From positions 1 through 36,981 of IMG/VR virus record IMGVR_UViG_3300023055_000014: 36,981 nucleotides of DNA; one strand, 5' to 3'. A program made the position numbers and the translations under genes. Below are positions 27,458 through 34,341 of the stretch, piece by piece. This DNA comes from a virus (lineage: Duplodnaviria > Caudoviricetes). The notes under the pieces are model-generated. The model was given only the letters and a program-made list of their open reading frames with translations. It did not search any database and was not told the origin of the DNA. Positions within the stretch are counted from its first letter, which is position 1. Every line of letters starts with the position of its first letter.

Positions 27458-27832
27458 TCAACCCTCCTTCCTGGCGCGCAGACGGAAGACCCATTGCAGC
27501 CAAGTAGGCATGCGACCGGTCTGCATCCACTCCAGCAAGCCAGAGAATGTGACGACGCAGAGCACGCCGCATACGAATGCACTGAAGCCAGCGGTCTGGG
27601 TCCAGGCCCGGCCCATCAGCTCAGCTGCACCGAAGTAGCCACCGATCCAGCCAGCCAGTAGATAGCCGACACGGCGCCAGGTACTGATGTCCTTCGCGAA
27701 CACAACGTAGAAGAAAGCCCCGCCGAATGCGCCGACTAGTGCGGCGAGATCTAACTGGGGAAATGCAGCACCCAGGCCGACACTGGCAAGTACGCCGGTC
27801 ACTGCTAGGGCGCCGGTACTTGGCTCGGCCAT
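27458..27832 (-). CDS. Putative holin/antiholin
   Basis: 124 aa, several TM segments, MAEPST...LVGAFGGAFFYV, basic C-terminus. Confidence 0.75.
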   Translation of the reverse strand: MAEPSTGALAVTGVLASVGLGAAFPQLDLAALVGAFGGAFFYVVFAKDISTWRRVGYLLAGWIGGYFGAAELMGRAWTQTAGFSAFVCGVLCVVTFSGLLEWMQTGRMPTWLQWVFRLRARKEG

Positions 27833-27914
27833 GAGTTGACTCCTTTGAAGCCCCGAACCGGAGCGATAAGGCGATGTGCTATCGTCGGACTTCCATCATT
27901 AGGAACTACCAAAA

Positions 27915-28247
27915 ATGCCCGAAAACAATATTCAGCAATTCGATCTGATCGTAGAAAAGCTAATCAAGCTGGGGCACGAAAGCTTCCCTGAGGCGTTCTA
28001 CGCAGATCCCACAGTTCTGGGTCTATCCGATGAGCAGCCATCGCGTGATGAGTTGGGTGGTACAAGCTACAGCGATGCTTGGTATGCCTTGGACAGGCTG
28101 ATTGCCAGCGTGGCGGGATGGCTGGTGAAAGAGGGGTATCTCTGGGCCTATGGCAGCACTGGTCTGCAGATCTCTAGCAAAGGTTTTGGGGTAGTGCCTT
28201 CGATCATTCCAGGCGGCGAAGTCCCCCTAATCGTAAAACTTAGCTAA
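27915..28247 (+). CDS. Hypothetical moron protein
   Basis: Opposite to the late operon, AGGA RBS, own terminator; possible winged-helix end (WLVKEGYLW...ISSKG). Confidence 0.65.
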   Translation: MPENNIQQFDLIVEKLIKLGHESFPEAFYADPTVLGLSDEQPSRDELGGTSYSDAWYALDRLIASVAGWLVKEGYLWAYGSTGLQISSKGFGVVPSIIPGGEVPLIVKLS

Positions 28248-28280
28248 AAAAAACCCGGCTCGAATGGCCGGGTTTTTTTT
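28246..28280. terminator. Bidirectional intrinsic terminator
   Basis: A8-CCCGGC-loop-GCCGGG-T8 between convergent genes. Confidence 0.9.
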
Positions 28281-28283
28281 CAC

Positions 28284-28595
28284 TTAATCGTCTGACCTGT
28301 ATTTGGCATCCATCTCCCGGACACGCTTCTCTTTCTCTTCTATTGCCTTTGGATCAAGCCATGAGAATTCCGAGTCAAGCTCGCCGCTCTTTATCATCCA
28401 CTCAATTTCACGGTGAATTTCGGTAACGGTTACCCTAGAAAGTTTCTGGGGCTTTCCATATTTTCCTTCCAGGCGAATATGGTACGGCACAACGATGGTG
28501 CCAGCATCGTAGAAGCTGTGTGGCATTGATACTCGCATGATCGCCACAACTTCAGCCACCGCCTCCTTTAAAACCTCTTTGTCTACCTCAACCAT
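28284..28595 (-). CDS. Hypothetical moron protein (103 aa, MVEVDKEV...)
   Basis: AAGGAG RBS before ATG 28595; the longer ORF version crosses a terminator. Confidence 0.65.
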   Translation of the reverse strand: MVEVDKEVLKEAVAEVVAIMRVSMPHSFYDAGTIVVPYHIRLEGKYGKPQKLSRVTVTEIHREIEWMIKSGELDSEFSWLDPKAIEEKEKRVREMDAKYRSDD

Positions 28596-28653
28596 GCGCC
28601 AACTCCTTGATGGCATCCTTTCATGGCTCAAGACTACCGTGTATCGGAAGAAC

Positions 28654-28680
28654 AAAAAACCCGGCTTAGAGGCCGGGCTT
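28654..28680 (-). terminator. tR'-like terminator of the late leader
   Basis: CCCGGC/GCCGGG hairpin with T6 on the minus strand, about 70 nt past the Q-like stop. Confidence 0.75.
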
Positions 28681-28719
28681 GGTTCACTCCTCAACACGCG
28701 CAGGAATGACAGGATGAAG

Positions 28720-28751
28720 AAATAATCGGCCATGCGGCCATTTGATGTCAA
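28720..28751 (-). promoter_or_regulatory. Putative late promoter pR'
   Basis: Perfect -35 TTGACA (28746-28751) overlapping the Q-like stop; only a weak -10. Confidence 0.5.
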
Positions 28752-29326
28752 GCGGCATTTTCCATCGAAAGACCTTCGTAGCTCAGGATTTTGGCCGCAG
28801 CCTCCAGTGCTTCTTCGGCCATCTGCTTCAGCACGTCCTCGATGTCCTTCCTCCAGCGGCGACGAGTTCGCTCAGGCCGAGCGTCCGGATCCCACCGATT
28901 GATATCGTAGAACTGAGCCGGCAACACGATCATGTCGCTCGACCGCTTTCCCTCGGCGCCCTTCATCTTTGGGATCGCCCAAGCAGTCACCGCACTGGTG
29001 ATGAACAGCTTTGGTGCATGGGAGGCAACCATGGGGATCAGGCGGCTGATCGACTGAACCTTTCGCCCCTTGTGCGTGCTTAACCTCGCCACCAGGACAT
29101 CCCAGTGCCGCGGCTTCAGCTGGCTATGCAACCTGGCGAACACCCAGCAGTCTGCATCCATACGGCTGATTTCGCCGCGCTCCACCGACCTGCTTAAGGT
29201 GGCCATGTCGTGGCCGTCTTCGCTGCCGGGCTCGTACAGCTTCTGCCAAGCCTGCTTGCTGGTGTTGTCGATCGCTTCCGCAGCCAGGGCCGAGACGACC
29301 GCCGCGAGTACACTGCTGTAAATCAT
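28748..29326 (-). CDS. Putative late antiterminator/regulator (Q position)
   Basis: Last early-right gene before the promoter-terminator pair; HTH-like PERTRRRW near the C-terminus; GAGGGG RBS before MIYSS. Confidence 0.6.
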   Translation of the reverse strand: MIYSSVLAAVVSALAAEAIDNTSKQAWQKLYEPGSEDGHDMATLSRSVERGEISRMDADCWVFARLHSQLKPRHWDVLVARLSTHKGRKVQSISRLIPMVASHAPKLFITSAVTAWAIPKMKGAEGKRSSDMIVLPAQFYDINRWDPDARPERTRRRWRKDIEDVLKQMAEEALEAAAKILSYEGLSMENAA

Positions 29327-29337
29327 GTCCTTCCCCC

Positions 29338-29655
29338 TCAATCCCCGGTGTAGTTGCTGCCCCCGGCGCCGAGCCGGTTGCCTTCCTGATAATGCGCACC
29401 CGGGCCGGTTGCCCGAGGCTTCTTCAACTGCTCGATCTGCCGGAGTGCCGCCCGAAGCCTCATGCTGAGCTGGGTCACCAGTTCATCCAGGGCCAGGGCC
29501 TCGCCGGTTGCAGCCACTACCCAGCCCGAGGCGTTGCAGTGGTCGCATGGCAGTTCGTGGAACAACCCCTTGGTGACCGCTCTCCCACGGCACAAAGGGC
29601 ACTCACCCAACTCGATCACGGCCTTCTTGAAGGCTGGGCCGTGGCTCTTCCTCAT
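29338..29655 (-). CDS. Hypothetical zinc-finger protein
   Basis: CPLCRG...CDHCNASG; ATGA overlap at 29652-29655. Confidence 0.7.
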   Translation of the reverse strand: MRKSHGPAFKKAVIELGECPLCRGRAVTKGLFHELPCDHCNASGWVVAATGEALALDELVTQLSMRLRAALRQIEQLKKPRATGPGAHYQEGNRLGAGGSNYTGD

Positions 29656-29930
29656 GCGTTGGACGCCTTTACCCAGCGCCGCACCGACAGCTCGCACCCC
29701 ATCTTCAAGCAGACCCCGTTGGCCATTCCCCGATGGGTTGCCCGGCGCCCGCATCCGCAGTTGCAGCGCCGACACGACTTCGAATCAACCTGTTCCTGAT
29801 AGCAGATCTGCCCAGGCAGCCCGCCGACAAATCCCCAGCCCTCCATCCCGCCGCGCATCGCCGCCGAGCGGGCCGCGAGAGACATCGTGTTCAGGTCGGC
29901 CATGGCTGGGCCTGGACGCTTTCCAGTCAT
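29652..29930 (-). CDS. Hypothetical Cys-rich protein
   Basis: CRRCNCGC...C...C; ATGA-coupled on both sides. Confidence 0.7.
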   Translation of the reverse strand: MTGKRPGPAMADLNTMSLAARSAAMRGGMEGWGFVGGLPGQICYQEQVDSKSCRRCNCGCGRRATHRGMANGVCLKMGCELSVRRWVKASNA

Positions 29931-31225
29931 TTCGAATCCTCGCTAGTTACAAATTCGGCAAGGTCGCTGGAGCCCATGTGTTCCGCTTGCTGGGCCGAAC
30001 TGTGTGAAATTCCGGATAAGGCCTTGGTAAGGCCGTGGATGGCGTAGAAGCCGATGCCGTCTAACCAGGCGTGCCACTTCTCCAGGGCCGCGCGGCGCTG
30101 CTGCATGGCCTGGGTGTTGATGTAGGTGCTGGCGATCTTGCCCAGCGTGTGGTTCAGCAGCATCTCGCCGATATGGCCGTCGATACCGAGGTCGGTCCAG
30201 GTGGTACGGGACACCTTGCGCAGGTCGTGACTGGTCCATTCACCCTGCCCCAGGCGAGTGAACACCATGCTGGCCTGAGTCTCGCTCAGTGGCAGACCGC
30301 GGCGGTTCGGGAACAGGTATACGCCCTCGTAGCCACGGGCCTGCTGGGTCGCTCGGTACCGAACCAACAGCGCCTTCACCTGGCCGGTCAGCGGCAGGCG
30401 GTGCTCGGTGCGGGTCTTCGTATTGGCCGCCGGGATGAACCACTCGGTAGCAGCCAGGGAGATCTCGCTCCAGCGCGTCATGCGGGTCTCGCCAATCCGG
30501 GTGCCGTGGGCCAGCATCATCAAGGCCAGCATGGCGTCACCCGGGGCCGCTTCGAAGGCCTGGGCCAGCTGCTGCATCAGCTCGGGCAGTTGCACGTCGC
30601 GCAGGCGAGCGGCCTTGGGCAGGATCTTGGCCTTGGTGAAGTCATTGAAGCGCATGCCGGCCATCGGGCTTCGGTCGATCAGGCCAAGCTGCAGGGCCTG
30701 GCGGAACGCAGTCAGCAGCAGCGCGAACATCTGCCGCAGGTAGGACAACGACACCTCGGCCTGGCACGGCCACATCAGTTGCTTGTCCAGCGCGTCGGCA
30801 CTCACCTCGGCCAGGGCCAGGTCATCCAGTCGCGGCTTCAGGTGCTGGGCGATAGCGGAACGGGCGCCGGCCTTGCGCTTCGCCGACAGCGAGCGGTCGC
30901 GGGCCATGCGGTCGCCGTACCAGTCGAGCAGTTGGCCCACGGTTACCATGCCAGACACCACCGGCGCGGTAGCCGGGTTGCGCAGCAGGCGCTGACGCAG
31001 CGCAGGAAGCTCGGCGATCACCGCTGCCACGGTCAGGTCAGGCCAGCGGGCGACCGGCACCCACTTCTTGCCGCGCACCAGGTGCCACGTTCCGCGCTCG
31101 CGGTTGCTCCAGAAGCGCAGGTACAGGCCGGGGTGACGTGGGTCGCGCAGGTCGCGCACCGACTTGTCGGCCGCCTGCCGGCGCACTTCGGCGTCGCTCA
31201 GCTTCACTTCACGGGTCGCGCTCAT
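29927..31225 (-). CDS. Tyrosine recombinase/integrase-family protein inside the early-right operon
   Basis: Catalytic set GTRIGE (R), NTKT (K), HDLRK (HxxR), LNH (H), STY (Y); arm-binding-like N-terminus. Confidence 0.9.
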   Translation of the reverse strand: MSATREVKLSDAEVRRQAADKSVRDLRDPRHPGLYLRFWSNRERGTWHLVRGKKWVPVARWPDLTVAAVIAELPALRQRLLRNPATAPVVSGMVTVGQLLDWYGDRMARDRSLSAKRKAGARSAIAQHLKPRLDDLALAEVSADALDKQLMWPCQAEVSLSYLRQMFALLLTAFRQALQLGLIDRSPMAGMRFNDFTKAKILPKAARLRDVQLPELMQQLAQAFEAAPGDAMLALMMLAHGTRIGETRMTRWSEISLAATEWFIPAANTKTRTEHRLPLTGQVKALLVRYRATQQARGYEGVYLFPNRRGLPLSETQASMVFTRLGQGEWTSHDLRKVSRTTWTDLGIDGHIGEMLLNHTLGKIASTYINTQAMQQRRAALEKWHAWLDGIGFYAIHGLTKALSGISHSSAQQAEHMGSSDLAEFVTSEDSK

Positions 31226-31518
31226 GCGACCACCACCGCCTCAGCCAGCAGAATCGCCTGGGTGCGCATCACTCCTTCAGCGTGGTAATGGCGCGCCGTC
31301 TCTCGGTCTACAGCTTTGCTACGCCCGTCACAGACATCGTGGCAAGTGCTGCAGGCCCAGGCCCCCTGCAGGTCATGCGGTTTGCTGCCGACGCCACAGG
31401 TTCCAGCCATGCGGTAGTGCGCCAGAACGGTGGTTTCCGGGTTGCCGTTGCACACGCCTGGGATGCGCACTTGGCATTCCCGGCCGCGAGCGGCCTTGGT
31501 CAGTTTTGTTTGGCGCAC
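31222..31518 (-). CDS. DUF1364/YbcO-like putative nuclease
   Basis: ARGRECQVRIPGVCNGNPETTVLAH...ACSTCHDVCD. Confidence 0.85.
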   Translation of the reverse strand: MRQTKLTKAARGRECQVRIPGVCNGNPETTVLAHYRMAGTCGVGSKPHDLQGAWACSTCHDVCDGRSKAVDRETARHYHAEGVMRTQAILLAEAVVVA

Positions 31519-31545
31519 AGGATCGCCTCCTTGCAGGTTGATTGA

Positions 31546-32229
31546 TCAGCGTCCCGCCAAGCGGGCACGCATGGCTGCCAGAGCAGAATTTCCGACTTGC
31601 GGGGTACGGGGTGCGGCAACCTCTGCGGGGAGTGCCAGCGGCATCTTTTGCAGCGGCTCACCGGCCATAAGCCGACGAACCGCGATGGTGTAGTTGCGCT
31701 CGAACAGCTTCGAGCTGGCATCGGATGGCAGCTTGTTGAGATTCTCGAATCCGCACTCCTTGGCCGCGTGCCACACCGCGTCATGACTCCACTTGCCCCG
31801 GCCTGCCATCGCCGGATGGGCGTTGTGAGTTGCTTCGCGAAAAGCGGCCACCACGGTTGGAAGACCGAGCATTTCTGGAGACGGCTGACACCACTGGATG
31901 AACTCTCCGGGCGGCGGGATGAACGGCGCCCCCGACTGGCGGCATCGCATCAGACCAAACTGCAACTGCTCGGGGCTGCAGATGCCAGCCTCAAGGAACG
32001 CGGTCAGCCATTGCTGCTTTGAGGTGTTGTAGGTCGCCTGGTCCGGCCACGCCTGCTTCCAGGCAGTGCAGATCGAGCGCAGATCGCGGAAAAGGTCGTT
32101 GATCACCTCCGCAGTCTTCCGATTGAGTTCGGCCTTCACGTCATCGGGCAGCTCGTATCCAGTAGGGATGTGCTGGCCGGACTGAACCTTGGCCCACAGG
32201 CCGTGCGTGACAACCGCGACAGGGTTCAT
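31546..32229 (-). CDS. Replication protein P-like (helicase loader)
   Basis: AWKQAW...KQQW...F.E.GI...PFIPPPGEFIQWC; ATGA overlap with O. Confidence 0.8.
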   Translation of the reverse strand: MNPVAVVTHGLWAKVQSGQHIPTGYELPDDVKAELNRKTAEVINDLFRDLRSICTAWKQAWPDQATYNTSKQQWLTAFLEAGICSPEQLQFGLMRCRQSGAPFIPPPGEFIQWCQPSPEMLGLPTVVAAFREATHNAHPAMAGRGKWSHDAVWHAAKECGFENLNKLPSDASSKLFERNYTIAVRRLMAGEPLQKMPLALPAEVAAPRTPQVGNSALAAMRARLAGR

Positions 32230-32954
32230 TGGGCACTTCCTTGCTCGATCCACGACGTATCACTGTCATCGAGCGACTGGCCACCAGACCCTGCCCGCAG
32301 AGGAACGACCTTCGCAGCATTCGCAAGGTCGCGCTTTCTCCAGCCGACCAGATCGGCGATCCACTGACTCTCGGTCTTTGCCAGCCCCTTCGCGTCGTGA
32401 TGGACGACAAAGCCAGAAATGTCCCTTTCCGAGAATTCCTCGATGGCCACCCCAGCTCGCTTGGCGTAAGCCTCAAGCTGAACCTGGTCGGGAATCCAAT
32501 CGAGGAACATCGCGAACGGCTCACGCGGAGAGTGTGTATTACTTCCCTTCCCTTCCCTTCCGGGGGTGAGGCCTCGATCACCGCTAGACGTGCCTTCTCC
32601 GACTTCTCGGCGAGAGCTCGGCGAAGGCTCAACGAATTCAGGGTGTTTTACGGTAGGTCTGTCGATCTTCTGGTGGTGCCATCCGTTGACATGCAGGTAC
32701 TGCTTCGATGCCGCCTCGTAGATGGTAATGAGTCGGTTCGTTACCAGCTCAGCGAGAAGGCCTTCCATCGTAAGCGCAGTGATGTCGTCACCAGGGAAAA
32801 CGAGAGCTTTGATGGTTTTCGGGGACATCGGATGGTTGCCTGCGTCGTCGCAGAAGTTCCAGATTCCGATGAACAGGAGTCGAGCCATCGCCGAGCACTC
32901 CATGACCTGTTCACTGGTCCAGAATTCAGGCTTGATGGTGCGGATACGTGCCAT
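32226..32954 (-). CDS. Replication initiator (O-like) with DnaT-like C-terminal domain
   Basis: MARIRTIKPEFW N-terminus, GREGKG linker; upstream of P. Confidence 0.8.
   Translation of the reverse strand: MARIRTIKPEFWTSEQVMECSAMARLLFIGIWNFCDDAGNHPMSPKTIKALVFPGDDITALTMEGLLAELVTNRLITIYEAASKQYLHVNGWHHQKIDRPTVKHPEFVEPSPSSRREVGEGTSSGDRGLTPGREGKGSNTHSPREPFAMFLDWIPDQVQLEAYAKRAGVAIEEFSERDISGFVVHHDAKGLAKTESQWIADLVGWRKRDLANAAKVVPLRAGSGGQSLDDSDTSWIEQGSAQ
32537..32636. other. Putative replication origin (iterons) inside the O gene
   Basis: Degenerate CTCGNCGA units at an exact 11-bp period (32573, 32584, 32595, 32606, 32617, 32628) next to (CTTCC)4. Confidence 0.6.
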
Positions 32955-33157
32955 TACGAACGCCCTCCATGACTGACAGCCTGACGCGTCAGATTTGGCG
33001 AAATGCCAAAACCTGACGTGGAATGCGTGGTATTGCCTGCATCGGCCATGCGGTGCATAATCGACCTCGATCTTTGTTGTAGAGAAGCCGCCCTGCCAGG
33101 CGGTTTTTTTTCGTCTGCAATTCCACTACTGGATGGATTCGCAGGTGTTTCGGCCAT
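32954..33157 (-). CDS. Hypothetical protein at the cII position
   Basis: TAATG coupling to O; no recognisable motif. Confidence 0.4.
   Translation of the reverse strand: MAETPANPSSSGIADEKKPPGRAASLQQRSRSIMHRMADAGNTTHSTSGFGISPNLTRQAVSHGGRS
33088..33111 (+). terminator. Intrinsic terminator antisense to the early-right operon
   Basis: CCGCC-ctgcca-GGCGG-T8 on the plus strand. Confidence 0.65.
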
Positions 33158-33197
33158 CTACTGGCGCAAGGCCAGGCAGATGAAAATATGCTCACGG

Positions 33198-33374
33198 TCA
33201 CGCTGCTGCGTCTGCCTTCCCGGCCTTTAGCACACCCTTCGTGATCCGCTCGATCTGGTACTGGCGCAGCTCAGGCACATCTGCCCACTGACGGACCGCC
33301 TCGTAGGTCACGCCAAGCGCCTTTGCGAGCGCCGTAATTGACCCGAAATGTTTGATTGCCTGGCTTTTGGTCAT
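33198..33374 (-). CDS. cro: Cro-like repressor (58 aa; not in the ORF track)
   Basis: MTKSQAIKHFGSITALAKALGVTYEAVRQWADVPELRQYQIERIT...; AAGGAGG RBS; divergent from cI. Confidence 0.92.
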   Translation of the reverse strand: MTKSQAIKHFGSITALAKALGVTYEAVRQWADVPELRQYQIERITKGVLKAGKADAAA

Positions 33375-33402
33375 GGCGACCTCCTTTGCTCGTCTTGATA
33401 TT

Positions 33403-33450
33403 CAAGCATGCTTGTATATGCAAAACAAGCATGCTTGACAAGCAACCTTG
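33403..33450. promoter_or_regulatory. Right operator OR: three CAAGCATGCTTG-type palindromes
   Basis: 33403-33414 and 33426-33437 perfect; 33439-33450 CAAGCAACCTTG. Confidence 0.88.
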
Positions 33451-33462
33451 TAGATTGCGCAC

Positions 33463-34314
33463 ATGAAGACCACAGACCGAATCACTAAGCTCGTGCTGGC
33501 TCGGCGCCCTGAATTGGGCGTGCGCAACGTCAAGCGAGATATCGCCAACACCTGCGGCATCAGCTATGAGGCTGTACGCCAGTGGTTTGCTGGCGACACT
33601 GAAAACATCAAAAACGAGAACCTTGTGGCTCTCGCCGAGGGCTACGACACATCTGTCGACTGGCTTCTGTCAGGAAAAGGCGAACCTCCCCGCAAAAGCG
33701 AAGCCAAGGCAGTTGCGGCAAAGGACTCTGGGAGCAGCAGCTCAGCAGCAGATGCTGTTAGAAAGATGCTTGAGAAGCACGGCAAGGGGCTGAGCTCTGA
33801 AGCACGGCAAAGCATCATTCGCGCGGTCGAAGAAGACCCTGCTGGAGATAAAGGCAGTGGTTTCATCATTGCTACAGCGCAACCGGCCCCTGGCGACATC
33901 TCAATCCCTCAGTACGACATCCGGGCAGCCATGGGCCATGGCCAGGTACCGGCCGAGTACAACGAAGTCATCAGGAATGTGGTCATCCGCGAAGAGGTGC
34001 TGCGCGAAAAAGGAGTTACCTACACCTCAGCCCAGGCGCTATCGGTGATCACAGGCTGGGGACAGAGCATGGAGGGAACGATCAACGATAAAGACCCGGT
34101 GATCGTTGATCGTGGGGTGAATGACTATCAAGGCGAGGGGGTTTATGTTCTCTCTTGGCACGGGGACCTCCTGATCAAGCGTCTGCAGCGGAAAGACGAG
34201 GATCATGTTTGGTTAATTTCAGATAACAAGATCTATGACAAGCAGCCCGCCCGTTTCGATGACGTAGCAATACACGCAAAGGTGCTGCTCGTGTGGAACG
34301 CCAGAAAGGTTTAA
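33463..34314 (+). CDS. cI: CI-like repressor, HTH plus S24 autoprotease
   Basis: HTH GISYEAVRQW, DWLLSGKG; S24 Ser (GQSMEG) and Lys (IKRL). Confidence 0.93.
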   Translation: MKTTDRITKLVLARRPELGVRNVKRDIANTCGISYEAVRQWFAGDTENIKNENLVALAEGYDTSVDWLLSGKGEPPRKSEAKAVAAKDSGSSSSAADAVRKMLEKHGKGLSSEARQSIIRAVEEDPAGDKGSGFIIATAQPAPGDISIPQYDIRAAMGHGQVPAEYNEVIRNVVIREEVLREKGVTYTSAQALSVITGWGQSMEGTINDKDPVIVDRGVNDYQGEGVYVLSWHGDLLIKRLQRKDEDHVWLISDNKIYDKQPARFDDVAIHAKVLLVWNARKV

Positions 34315-34341
34315 CTCGACAAAATTTATAGGGAGATTTTC

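Noticed and set aside
28596-28751. N-terminal extension of the 155-aa ORF
   Set aside because: Runs through the putative late promoter and terminator; a better RBS precedes ATG 28595
29927-31225. The prophage's primary integrase marking a boundary
   Set aside because: Translationally coupled inside an operon with phage genes on both sides and no att-like site
21539-31288. Long plus-strand ORFs such as 21539-22504, 25755-26459 and 30071-31288
   Set aside because: Antisense shadows of GC-rich, well-supported minus-strand genes; no motifs or RBS
33403-33450. CRISPR-like repeat array
   Set aside because: 12-bp palindromes with 1-11 bp gaps between divergent repressors are operators; no cas genes or spacers
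33271-33462. 63-aa ORF as cro
   Set aside because: Spans the operators and lacks an HTH; the real cro is 33198-33374 in another frame
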